In this document: positions 1-9,115 of the stretch, one piece after another
How positions within the stretch are numbered: the stretch's first letter is position 1
Layout: each line of letters starts with the position of its first letter
Origin: a virus
Lineage: Duplodnaviria > Caudoviricetes
Reading direction: 5' to 3' (one strand)
Virus record (IMG/VR): IMGVR_UViG_3300009418_000023
Span: 1 to 53,605 of that record
Length of the DNA stretch: 53,605 nucleotides
Notes under the pieces: model-generated
The model's input: only the letters and a program-made list of their open reading frames with translations
Databases searched by the model: none
Told to the model about the DNA's origin: nothing
Program-made: the position numbers and the translations under genes

Positions 1-1184
1 CCAGCGGCAGACTGATTCAAGCTATGGATGTCGCCGTTAATAACAACTTCTCCGTAGTTACCATCATCCCAGTTAGCCATTCGATTAGCCAACAACCTAG
101 CTTCTAGACCAGCAGCATCGATACCTACCATAACCCATCCTTCTCTAGGAGTAAACAAGGCTCTGGTTCTAGAGTCTCCTGATACCTGTTGTAGGTTGGG
201 TTGTGATGCAGTCATTCTTCCGGTTACAGTTCCTTGAGTATTAACACTACCATGAATTCTATTATCTCTAGAGTTAACAGCTCTAAGTATCCAGTCAGAT
301 AACTGACTAAGCATCTTTATAGTATCAAAGTATCGTGCTAATGTTTTTGCTTCCGGGTAATTAAGATTCTTAAGTACCGCTGAATCAACCTTTGGATTAC
401 CCTTATCTGTTTTAGGGGCAACCCATCCATATTTCTTACCCAGTCTCTCAGCTATTTGTTTTCGTGAGGCAGGGTTAAAGTGTGTTGTCTTATCTTTAAG
501 TCTCTTACCTGTCTTATCTGACCATCTCTCCTCCACAATAGGTGGAAAGATCTCACTCATGTCATCTTCAATCAAAACCTTTTCCATAAGCAGGTCATGC
601 TCAAGTAAACTAGCAGCCTCGATATCAAAACCAATACCATTATTAATCTGCCCAGCTATGATAGAAGCTACATCATGCTCAAGTTTAATAGACCTCTTAT
701 TATCTATAGCAAAGCTTACTTGGTTATCGTATATAAGTTTTGTTACGTTAACATCCTGAAGACAGTACTTCAGCATATCTTCGTTGTACTTATCAAAGCC
801 AAGGATATACTCTATCTTTTCTTCTCCCAGATGAATACCCCAAGCCTTGAGAGAGTTACCTCCGAAGGGGTGGTTCTGTCTATCTGGGTACATAAGACGG
901 GAGACTGTGAGTGTATCATATTTCTTAGTATGAATTGGTCCATACAATCTTTCCAGCAAAGGAACATCGTATAATATTATATTATGACCAATAATAAGAT
1001 CAGCCGATCTTAACATCTCAACTCCCTCTTCCATTGTACTCTCATAAAAGAACCATACTTGGTCAGTATCTAGATCGCTTACAACCATACACCATACTCT
1101 ATCTGCTTCCGGTATAGCTTCGTCACCTTTAACAGTAAGCTCAGTTAAACCATTAGCTTCAACATCAAACACTAATCTTTTCAT
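1..1184 (-). CDS. DNA polymerase family A (T7 gp5-like), 3' end beyond window
   Basis: Manual translation from ATG at 1184 gives MKRLVFDVEANGL (ExoI), HNIILYDVP (ExoII), GTVTGRMTASQPNLQQV and motif A DAAGLEARLLANRM. The frame is open to the window edge and is not in the ORF track. Confidence 0.95.
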   Translation of the reverse strand, partial: MKRLVFDVEANGLTELTVKGDEAIPEADRVWCMVVSDLDTDQVWFFYESTMEEGVEMLRSADLIIGHNIILYDVPLLERLYGPIHTKKYDTLTVSRLMYPDRQNHPFGGNSLKAWGIHLGEEKIEYILGFDKYNEDMLKYCLQDVNVTKLIYDNQVSFAIDNKRSIKLEHDVASIIAGQINNGIGFDIEAASLLEHDLLMEKVLIEDDMSEIFPPIVEERWSDKTGKRLKDKTTHFNPASRKQIAERLGKKYGWVAPKTDKGNPKVDSAVLKNLNYPEAKTLARYFDTIKMLSQLSDWILRAVNSRDNRIHGSVNTQGTVTGRMTASQPNLQQVSGDSRTRALFTPREGWVMVGIDAAGLEARLLANRMANWDDGNYGEVVINGDIHSLNQSAA

Positions 1185-1861
1185 CGTTTATCCACATTAT
1201 TAATAGCCTCAGAAATATCCACATCTCCTAACTCAAGGAATTGGACTAGTTCCTTAATCTCTTTCTCTGGGTTCTTCAACATATCCTCAAAGTAAACAGG
1301 GATTGAGGGTATATCATAGTTCATAGCTAAGCTATCAAGCATGATACCTTGTGTTGTTTGCATAGTCATTACATCTAAGTATGTTTTATCCTTATACCAC
1401 TCGGTAAAGTTTGGACTCTTTAGGTTATTCTCTTCTGCTATTTGAATATCAATCTTAGCTAGGTCCATCATACTCTCTGCTTGTTTAACTGTATCTTTTC
1501 TCTTACATATAATCATCTTCTCGATATCATTTGTTTGGAGTTCAGTAACCAATGCTCCAGTAATCTTTATAACATGACCAATATTCTGCTCTCCGAAACC
1601 CTTCCTACAATGATCGATTATTGTTAGCATATCTAACTCCCAATAACCTTTAGGATTAAAGCTCCTCGCCTTCTTATCTAGCTCAGGACTAGCCTTAACC
1701 TTAACATCTGTGTTCTCTCTATTAACAATATTATATGCACCCCAGAATAAGTGCTCATCGTTATCTACCTTGGGATCCCCAACTAAGGGAACCCCAAGGT
1801 AATAAAGAGTCTGCATCATGAGACTAGAACCGCAACGACCTGTTCCGGTAACTAGAATCAT
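1181..1861 (-). CDS. Sulfotransferase-family / P-loop protein
   Basis: N-terminal ILVTGTGRCGSSLM (PAPS-binding-loop-like), NPKGYWE and C-terminal YFEDMLKNPEKEIKELVQFL, all typical of sulfotransferase-like proteins. Overlaps both neighbours by ATGA. Confidence 0.7.
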   Translation of the reverse strand: MILVTGTGRCGSSLMMQTLYYLGVPLVGDPKVDNDEHLFWGAYNIVNRENTDVKVKASPELDKKARSFNPKGYWELDMLTIIDHCRKGFGEQNIGHVIKITGALVTELQTNDIEKMIICKRKDTVKQAESMMDLAKIDIQIAEENNLKSPNFTEWYKDKTYLDVMTMQTTQGIMLDSLAMNYDIPSIPVYFEDMLKNPEKEIKELVQFLELGDVDISEAINNVDKR

Positions 1862-3567
1862 ATGTTATCCCAATCGTTAACGACATTACCATCACCATCA
1901 AAGGCGAAGTCTAATTCACTTAGCCTTCCGCTTTCGTGGTCATAGTATAGACACGCAGCAACACCTGATCTACCTGTTAGTCTGTTCTTTAGAACCCTAA
2001 CAATAGTAGTGTTGCTTACCCTGTCATCAGGATTCTGTCTGTCTCTTTCCAAAGCAATAACAGTATTAGGTACGGAAGATAACGAACCCGAGCCACGTAG
2101 ATCTTGTAGTGTGATTCGTACTCCCTCTTCATATGCTTTAGTAGTTTTCTTTAGTTGAGAGACAACATCAATATGAACACCCGTTCTTGAGACCAGTGCT
2201 CTTAGCTCTTTCATAATATTATCTATTAACAATCTTTCAGAGCCTCCTCCATCGAAGTCACTACTATCATTTAATAGTCCAGCAGCAGCAGCAGTGATAT
2301 GATCAAGAACAATTACATCAACATCAAGAGACACGGCCATGAACTCAATACGAGCACATAGATTCTTGAGTCCACTGTTGCCAAGATGATCATAGATATA
2401 TAGGTTAGATCCTTCTAGTTTCTTTCTAGCATCTGCATACTCTTCATCAGTTAGATCACTGATGATATCAATACTAATCGGATCCTTACCAAGCTTAGCT
2501 CGAAGTTCATTCATAACTTTCTTCGCTCGGATAGCTCGTACAGGTTTATTAATTAGTAATGATATCATGTCATCAACAGTTTCTTGAGGAGATTCCTCAA
2601 GCATAATAGCACCAACACTACGACCTTCTTCAAGGTGGTGGTGGATGATCTCTCTTAGGATAGTTGACTTACCGGAACCAGTTCCAGAAGCCCATAGTGT
2701 AACCTCTCCGCTTCTCTGTCCCAATAAGTAGTCGGATAAAGAATCAAACGGGAATGGGTAGACTTTAGTATCCTCAAGAGAGTTGATTGTATTAATTTGA
2801 GAAACATGTACAATCTCATCTGGTGAGTATTGTTGTGCTTCCCACATGGCCTGAATAATTTTTCGGCCCTGATTTTGAAGTAGGCATTCATTCGGATCCT
2901 TATATGGAAGCGAAGCTACCTTACATTTACCGGGAGGTAATAACTCAGCTACTTCTTTAGTTGCGTCTTGACCAGCATCATCCATGTCGAACATGAGAAT
3001 GACTTCTTCATAGCTGGTAACGAACTCAAGGTTATCCTTAATAGCTCTAGCAGCTCCTGCTGCACCATTAGGTAGACTAACTACTGGCCACTTAGTTTCC
3101 ATTAGTTGTCCTACTGTCATGCAGTCAATTTCTCCTTCGGTAATTACAAGCCTCTTACCTTTGGTGCTCTTCCAAAGGTGTTGTCCCCACAAGGGAACCT
3201 TAACTGTGTCGCCTCTCCACTGGAAGGCTTTGTTTGGGCCTCTTAATTTCTGAGCAACAACCTTACCATCACGAAAGAAGGAGGCAATCTCTACCTTCTT
3301 ACCTTCCTTGGTAATAGTTTGATACCCATAGAAACGAGCAGTCTTCTCTGTTATCTTTCTGTCCCCTACACCAATAACTTCTCCAGCGAGAAACTTAGTT
3401 GGGGACTTCTGTACTGTAGTAGACATATTTGAATATGCTCCTTCATGATGGCCACAGGCAAAACAATGTTTGCCGCCATCTTCATACACACATAAATTAT
3501 CTCGGGAGGTGTCCCGCCCACTGTTAGCGCAGGCGGGACACTGAACCCGGTCTTTAATCTTTGACAT
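1858..3567 (-). CDS. Primase-helicase (T7 gp4-like)
   Basis: Zn finger CPAC...CFAC, TOPRIM ITEGEIDC and FDMDDAG, Walker A SGTGSGKST, VLDH, DLRGSGSL, VLKNRLTG. Confidence 0.97.
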   Translation of the reverse strand: MSKIKDRVQCPACANSGRDTSRDNLCVYEDGGKHCFACGHHEGAYSNMSTTVQKSPTKFLAGEVIGVGDRKITEKTARFYGYQTITKEGKKVEIASFFRDGKVVAQKLRGPNKAFQWRGDTVKVPLWGQHLWKSTKGKRLVITEGEIDCMTVGQLMETKWPVVSLPNGAAGAARAIKDNLEFVTSYEEVILMFDMDDAGQDATKEVAELLPPGKCKVASLPYKDPNECLLQNQGRKIIQAMWEAQQYSPDEIVHVSQINTINSLEDTKVYPFPFDSLSDYLLGQRSGEVTLWASGTGSGKSTILREIIHHHLEEGRSVGAIMLEESPQETVDDMISLLINKPVRAIRAKKVMNELRAKLGKDPISIDIISDLTDEEYADARKKLEGSNLYIYDHLGNSGLKNLCARIEFMAVSLDVDVIVLDHITAAAAGLLNDSSDFDGGGSERLLIDNIMKELRALVSRTGVHIDVVSQLKKTTKAYEEGVRITLQDLRGSGSLSSVPNTVIALERDRQNPDDRVSNTTIVRVLKNRLTGRSGVAACLYYDHESGRLSELDFAFDGDGNVVNDWDNI

Positions 3568-3575
3568 TTCAACTC

Positions 3576-3710
3576 CTATTTAGAACAAGTTGACCATGGC
3601 ATCTTCTTACAAAGCCAGCACCACATCTGCTTACCGACAAGAGCACCGACACCAAACAACGTAACTGAATAAAATACGGTTCCTAATGTAGAATCCATCC
3701 AACTCATCAT
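3576..3710 (-). CDS. Small membrane protein (44 aa)
   Basis: Manual translation MMSWMDSTLGTVFYSVTLFGVGALVGKQMWCWLCKKMPWSTCSK. It fills the gap exactly, has an AAGGAG RBS and one hydrophobic helix. Confidence 0.6.
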   Translation of the reverse strand: MMSWMDSTLGTVFYSVTLFGVGALVGKQMWCWLCKKMPWSTCSK

Positions 3711-4090
3711 AGTTTAATCTCCTTAATTTTATCGTTTGTAACTATCCTCCAAACGATTCTTCCTGCCCACACAAGACTGATTGCTCCTGTTGCAATCGCA
3801 ACTGGAATGAAGAACCAGTCTGCGTATAATGCTAATGCATAATTAATTAAGATAAAAATCACACCACCAATTAGCGGTCTCCAACCTAGTGTTCCTCTAG
3901 ATATTACTAACAAAGCAATACCAGCTAAACAACACAGGCCACCTAGCCAGCCAAGCATGGGGCTGCAAGCATTGTTAACCCCTTGTTGTACTGACGCAGT
4001 AATACCATCTAATGGTCCCGTTACTGTCCGTGATAAGCTACATCCAAATAACATAGCACACGTAACACATAACGTTAAAACTTTCCACAT
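3707..4090 (-). CDS. Membrane lipoprotein-like protein
   Basis: Probable start MWKVLTL after AGGAGG, lipobox-like LFGC, three hydrophobic segments. Confidence 0.65.
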   Translation of the reverse strand: MWKVLTLCVTCAMLFGCSLSRTVTGPLDGITASVQQGVNNACSPMLGWLGGLCCLAGIALLVISRGTLGWRPLIGGVIFILINYALALYADWFFIPVAIATGAISLVWAGRIVWRIVTNDKIKEIKL

Positions 4091-4101
4091 ATAACCCCCT
4101 C

Positions 4102-4482
4102 CTATTGTAATTGGTCTACACCTAATATAAAGTATCCATCCTCCGTAGGCTTGGTCCATTGTTTAACAGCGTATACTTCAAGAATCTGTGTATCATCTTC
4201 CCATAGTTTACCATTTAAACAATCAAACACAGCTTTAATATAGTTATCTATATCAGCTTTCGGAGACATAAGTTTTGTTTTCTTCGGTCTCCTAACAAAC
4301 AGTTCCAGATCAACTTTAAGCGGTCCAGTATATAAGTCAAAGTCGTTACCAAGAATCATAGGTACCAACTCTATCATCTCCTTCCGGAAATATTTATAAG
4401 GTCCAGCAAAGTAGGCCCCACGTTTACATAAGCGAGGCCTACTCGCTGCGACCGGACTAATCGGGAACAACCACTCAGGCAT
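4102..4482 (-). CDS. rusA: RusA-family Holliday junction resolvase
   Basis: Signature KADIDNYIKAVFDCLNGKLWEDDTQI. Confidence 0.92.
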   Translation of the reverse strand: MPEWLFPISPVAASRPRLCKRGAYFAGPYKYFRKEMIELVPMILGNDFDLYTGPLKVDLELFVRRPKKTKLMSPKADIDNYIKAVFDCLNGKLWEDDTQILEVYAVKQWTKPTEDGYFILGVDQLQ

Positions 4483-4994
4483 TAGATTGGCAGGTCTTCA
4501 TCTTCCTTGTCTTCGACAGGGGGGATGAAGTTTGAACCATCAAAACCATCAGTGGCATCGAATCCACCAGTATCCATAATGTTCTTCTCGATAATCTGGC
4601 ATCCGTTAAGATACAGACTAAGAGAATCATCTCTTGTTAAGATAGCCGGAGCAAGACGAAGCCGAACCTTATCACCACCGAACGGAACAGCATCTGTTCT
4701 GTTAGCATGGGCATCCCTACAAGGGAACGTTCGAACATTCTTCTTAACAAAAGCCTTGGACTTAACCTTCAGAGTTGTACGACCTTCATCGTCAACCTTG
4801 AGGCCGTTAATCCTGCTTGCGTTATTTTCTGAAACCATTTCGTCTAGCTTCTTCTGAAGCTCATCATCAACAATAATTGTGATGTTATGGTTAGACGAGT
4901 CTTCACCAAACTTATCGTCTGGGGCGTGAAGGTGAGCCCAGATAACATCCAGCGTCTCAGTAGTAAAAGCATTAATCTTCATCATCATGTTCAT
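4482..4994 (-). CDS. Single-stranded DNA-binding protein (gp2.5-like)
   Basis: WAHLHAPDDKF, SLYLNGCQII, acidic C-terminal tail EDKEDEDLPI; lies just upstream of the resolvase. Confidence 0.8.
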   Translation of the reverse strand: MNMMMKINAFTTETLDVIWAHLHAPDDKFGEDSSNHNITIIVDDELQKKLDEMVSENNASRINGLKVDDEGRTTLKVKSKAFVKKNVRTFPCRDAHANRTDAVPFGGDKVRLRLAPAILTRDDSLSLYLNGCQIIEKNIMDTGGFDATDGFDGSNFIPPVEDKEDEDLPI

Positions 4995-5217
4995 CCTCTA
5001 TTTCTCCTTTGGTAATATTTTCTTCCATAGATTTAATTGAATTTTCAATGTGATTTACTAACCCCAACAACGAGGTAGCCACATGAGTTAAGTAATTCTT
5101 TACCTCTGCATAAGTAATCCATACTTGTTCCTTCTCTTCAGCTTCTGCAAGGCTTCCCTTTTCATCAACAACCTCAGCCTTCCAACCTTCATCGGTTTTA
5201 ATTTCTGCTTCCGACAT
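4972..5217 (-). CDS. Hypothetical acidic protein
   Basis: ORF packed tightly between its neighbours. Confidence 0.7.
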   Translation of the reverse strand: MSEAEIKTDEGWKAEVVDEKGSLAEAEEKEQVWITYAEVKNYLTHVATSLLGLVNHIENSIKSMEENITKGEIEDEHDDED

Positions 5218-5879
5218 TAATCCATTACCTCCATATAGGGGTGTCCATCAATTATTACTCCAGCCCCATTGACTGGCTTCTTTAGAAAGTTCTTACCATA
5301 ATACATTAAGATGTGGTGTTTGTCAACCCCACAAGGTACATTAAAACCAAATATTTTATTATCATTAGAACCAAGTAGCCAACACAAGCTTCCTGTTGAG
5401 TGAACGTGTCCACTAACAGTACTCTGTGCTCTAGTCTTAGCTGCGTTGAAAGCAGGTGAAACACCAGAGTTAGCACCAGTCCCATGAAGATATCCTACAC
5501 CATCAATTACCCACTCGTACTCCCATTCCCAGTTGGGTGTATTAAAGATTGTTTTATAATCCTTTAGATACATAGCTGGGATGCCAGCATTAGCTGATAA
5601 TCTATAAACTCTTTCATCGTGGTTTCCTATACATACTTTAGCACTAGGAAAGGCTTTCTTCCATTCCTTTAGTTTTTCCATACTTCTGTGATACTCAGCC
5701 ACAGCTGCGTCAGCATCTGGGTGTTTCTGGTGAAAGGAAATAGCATGGTGATCTAATACATCACCTATGAAAACAACCTCGTTGGTTCTATATTTTTTGC
5801 GAAGTCCCTTACAGAAATCCAAATAGTCTGATCGTTCAGCTGGAAGATGAAGATCACCTATAACCAATACTTTAGTCAC
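5217..5879 (-). CDS. Calcineurin-like metallophosphoesterase
   Basis: GDLH, GDVLD, GNHD, HG and GHVH motifs. Probable GTG start at 5879 after GAGGAG. Confidence 0.9.
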   Translation of the reverse strand: MTKVLVIGDLHLPAERSDYLDFCKGLRKKYRTNEVVFIGDVLDHHAISFHQKHPDADAAVAEYHRSMEKLKEWKKAFPSAKVCIGNHDERVYRLSANAGIPAMYLKDYKTIFNTPNWEWEYEWVIDGVGYLHGTGANSGVSPAFNAAKTRAQSTVSGHVHSTGSLCWLLGSNDNKIFGFNVPCGVDKHHILMYYGKNFLKKPVNGAGVIIDGHPYMEVMD

Positions 5880-6009
5880 AAATAATATCCTCCTCGTAAT
5901 CGATATAGTCATCATCATCTTCCAAATCTAAATTAGTATCGATGATAAGACCGTCCCAATCCTCAACAAAATGAACGTAATACTCAAAGTCATTAGTATC
6001 TATCGGCAT
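5872..6009 (-). CDS. Small highly acidic protein
   Basis: Manual translation MPIDTNDFEYYVHFVEDWDGLIIDTNLDLEDDDYIDYEEDIICD; fills the intergenic gap. Confidence 0.55.
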   Translation of the reverse strand: MPIDTNDFEYYVHFVEDWDGLIIDTNLDLEDDDDYIDYEEDIICD

Positions 6010-6012
6010 AAT

Positions 6013-6237
6013 CTACTCTGGTTCTGGAATTATTAAGGTTAAATTTAGGCCAGTATCTGTTGGAACTCTTTGAACAACAAACTCTTTAAATAAATTAGCC
6101 ATAAAAATAGACATTAGTGCCTCACTTGGGAACGAAAGATTCAAAACCTTTTCATCCTTACCCTGAAGGGCTAGTTTAACAGTGTACTTCAGGCCGTGTT
6201 CCATGTCAGCCTCACTTCCTATTAGCAAATGAGTCAT
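6013..6237 (-). CDS. Hypothetical protein
   Basis: Probable start MTHLL after an AAGGAG RBS. Confidence 0.7.
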   Translation of the reverse strand: MTHLLIGSEADMEHGLKYTVKLALQGKDEKVLNLSFPSEALMSIFMANLFKEFVVQRVPTDTGLNLTLIIPEPE

Positions 6238-6247
6238 GCTTTCTCCT

Positions 6248-8689
6248 TTACGCAAAGAAATAATCTGATTGTAAAACTTCCTCAAGCATAAGCTTGCCCC
6301 GTGTTGGAACGTCGGGAAGTTTAATTCCTAATTGGTTTTCAACCTCCTTCTTGAAGTTTTCTAGTTGGTTTGTCTTATGAATCTTAACAAACTCTTCTCT
6401 TAGTAGGTTTCTCATATCATCTATATAATTAGCATGGCACCCGAAGGAATCATGAATCATACAGAGGTCTATTATACCACAGTCTATCAGTCTGTCAATA
6501 GTTAAAAACATATGAGCAGCATCTAAACTGTGTATAAAGTTAGGGGAGATAGCTTGTAAAGAATCACGCGGAGCCACATCATTTGTCTTAACATAGAATA
6601 TAAGTTCCTTCTTGTTAAACAGATGAGCAAGAGATCTCCTCTTCTGTTGTTTATTATACTGGTGAACTACTTTAAACCCACTGGGGGTTGTCCACTCAAC
6701 GTGTTTGTTAAGCTTGTTAGCTTCTTCAATAATAGATTTTAAATATTGTTTGCCTTTGTTTGGTCCACTTAATGAGCGGTCAAGGCTAGCTTTAATAGCT
6801 CGGGCCAGCTCAACAATAGCTGCACCCTTCTTCTCACGAGACACCCAGTCGAGGTGTCCCTCTTCTTTTAGGTATCTCTGTATTCCATAGAAAGTAAGAC
6901 CATACGGTTCACACATTGTGCTGCGCTTTGTTACCTTCCTATCAATTTTATTATCCCAAAACTCTAGAAACTCACGATACCAATCGTTGTCGCTACTAAA
7001 GTTAGTGCAATAATCAGTAGTAACATCAGCTACATACTGGTATAGATCGTGCGGTTCGTCTGAAGGAGTTACCCCAGTCAGCTTAGCAATATCAGTGTCG
7101 CCCATGATAGAAGACCAGTGTTGGTTGCCGTTACATTTACCATCGATCTGTACAGGTACATAACTCATACCATCTTTCCTAGTAATGTCAAAGATCATTG
7201 CCAATCTTTGGAAAGACTTGTTCTTCTTCTTGGAATCATCAATCCATTCTTTATTTCCATATGGATCTTGAGATATACGTTCAATCATGTCCCAGTTATC
7301 GTCAACCCATTGTATTCTTTTATCAAAGGATACTTTATCTTGGTCAAACAGGTTAGCTAGATATATTTTCTGCCAATACCTACCCCTCTCGGTTATCTTA
7401 ACACCATTAGCAAACCTAATCATCCCCCTATCTAGGTCAGATGATTGGGGGGACAGCAACTCACAGGTTGTGTATGCCCTGCCCCTGAAATCTAGGGTGT
7501 AGACATGATAGAAAAACCCCCAAGGAATAAGATTCTCAGCCAGCTGAAGACGTATTAACATCCTTCCGCGAGCTTGTTCTTGCTTATACCAATCACTCCA
7601 AGCTTCCTCTTGGCGTTGACACCAGATAGCCTGTTGTTCTTTTGACCCATCTTTAGGGTACTCCTCATTATACATGAATTCTTCGAACGAAAAGTAGGGT
7701 AGATTAGCTAGCCCAGTATTGTTCTTAAACAGGGATTCCATCACCTCTACTACTGGTTCATTGATAGACCACTCTGTTTTCATCATGTGATTCAAACCCT
7801 TAACAACCTTTAAAGAAGGGCTCGAAAATTTTTGGTCCCTTTTTTGGTCTCCAAAGAAATTAGATCTAAACTTCTGGACCATAGGTTTCCTTAGGTTGGT
7901 ATGTATATACCCACCTGTAGATATTGTAGTATGGTCTTCGGGGATAGACAACATAGGTCTATATATTAGTGTAGAGTTCTGAAGAACATCGTGTCTTTTG
8001 TGTAGCTCTCTAAGAACATCGGGATGAAACTCAACCGATAGAAATTTCTTATAAGAATTACCTCGTTTTATCATATGAGAAGTTAAGATAATTATATTAG
8101 AAGAGGCAGCTATCCTAAGCATGTTATGTCCGAAGTCATGCCTTTGTTTAATTGATAGCTTAACATTTTTGTCCATCTTATCGGCAAATGCACGGCATCT
8201 CTTAGGTGTCCAGTTCTTTATAAACTTAGATTGTCTTAACCAATCATCTCTGTTATCTTCCTTAGCTCTTTGGAACGCAATAATATCACAAGCGTCATGA
8301 GATATCTGTGTAGCTAAGGTTTGTGCTAGAGGGGGGATAACTTTATCCTTTTCCCACCTGTATCCCCAGAAGGTACTAGAGAACCAGCTTCTAATCACAG
8401 CTCTTATAGTTATGTCAGCCATCTTCTGCGGACCCAGCTCAAGTAAGGGGTACAACCATTGAGGTGACTTACTTGATTGACACACCCTATCAATCCACTC
8501 CTGAAACACTTCTCTTAGTTCTACAACAGAAGAATCAATAAGTTCTTGTTCAGGTATGCCCTCATCGGGAGCGCGCTCATAGTCTGACCAATATCTAGAC
8601 TTACCATACTCAAGCATCTCTTGTTCATACAAGATCTGCGAGTTCTTTCTCTCTAACTTAGCGTCATCAGTTAAGGTATCCCATTTCAT
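6248..8689 (-). CDS. Single-subunit T7-type DNA-directed RNA polymerase (RNAP1)
   Basis: DFRGRAY, motif A IDGKCNGNQH, DLY, motif B RKVTKRSTMCEPYG, PNFIHSLDA, motif C IHDSFG, C-terminal YFFA. Confidence 0.98.
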   Translation of the reverse strand: MKWDTLTDDAKLERKNSQILYEQEMLEYGKSRYWSDYERAPDEGIPEQELIDSSVVELREVFQEWIDRVCQSSKSPQWLYPLLELGPQKMADITIRAVIRSWFSSTFWGYRWEKDKVIPPLAQTLATQISHDACDIIAFQRAKEDNRDDWLRQSKFIKNWTPKRCRAFADKMDKNVKLSIKQRHDFGHNMLRIAASSNIIILTSHMIKRGNSYKKFLSVEFHPDVLRELHKRHDVLQNSTLIYRPMLSIPEDHTTISTGGYIHTNLRKPMVQKFRSNFFGDQKRDQKFSSPSLKVVKGLNHMMKTEWSINEPVVEVMESLFKNNTGLANLPYFSFEEFMYNEEYPKDGSKEQQAIWCQRQEEAWSDWYKQEQARGRMLIRLQLAENLIPWGFFYHVYTLDFRGRAYTTCELLSPQSSDLDRGMIRFANGVKITERGRYWQKIYLANLFDQDKVSFDKRIQWVDDNWDMIERISQDPYGNKEWIDDSKKKNKSFQRLAMIFDITRKDGMSYVPVQIDGKCNGNQHWSSIMGDTDIAKLTGVTPSDEPHDLYQYVADVTTDYCTNFSSDNDWYREFLEFWDNKIDRKVTKRSTMCEPYGLTFYGIQRYLKEEGHLDWVSREKKGAAIVELARAIKASLDRSLSGPNKGKQYLKSIIEEANKLNKHVEWTTPSGFKVVHQYNKQQKRRSLAHLFNKKELIFYVKTNDVAPRDSLQAISPNFIHSLDAAHMFLTIDRLIDCGIIDLCMIHDSFGCHANYIDDMRNLLREEFVKIHKTNQLENFKKEVENQLGIKLPDVPTRGKLMLEEVLQSDYFFA

Positions 8690-9003
8690 ATAGAATTGTT
8701 CTCCCAGAATTCATCCACCTTCTTATTATATTCTTCCTTGGTAATCTTCTTAAAAGCAAGCTCCCAATTAAGATCATATATTTCCTTCGGAATGTTTGAG
8801 TCTCGCTGAGAATCCCCCTTACCTGCGCTAGAGTTTGGTGTATATAGTTCTGGTTTCCAGATTCTACTACCACCTCTAGCTTGATGTAGTTCATCTTTTC
8901 TATGCTTCTCCCGTAATTTCCTCCAGTTTTTATGCGCATTAAAAGAACCACCAAAGTTTTGATCGTTGGTTTCAATCGATAAACTTTTCTTTTTCCTTGC
9001 CAT
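8686..9003 (-). CDS. Hypothetical protein
   Basis: GAGGAGG RBS; contains SAGKGDSQR; ATGA overlap with RNAP1. Confidence 0.75.
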   Translation of the reverse strand: MARKKKSLSIETNDQNFGGSFNAHKNWRKLREKHRKDELHQARGGSRIWKPELYTPNSSAGKGDSQRDSNIPKEIYDLNWELAFKKITKEEYNKKVDEFWENNSI

Positions 9004-9115
9004 AATACCTCCTCTTTAAACTTACTAAGGAGAAGCGTGGGAGCAGAGCACTTCGGATACAGTAATGTATCGCCCGCAGCAGCAGACCACGCTCCCCCCG
9101 TTCAGTTACGTGGGA

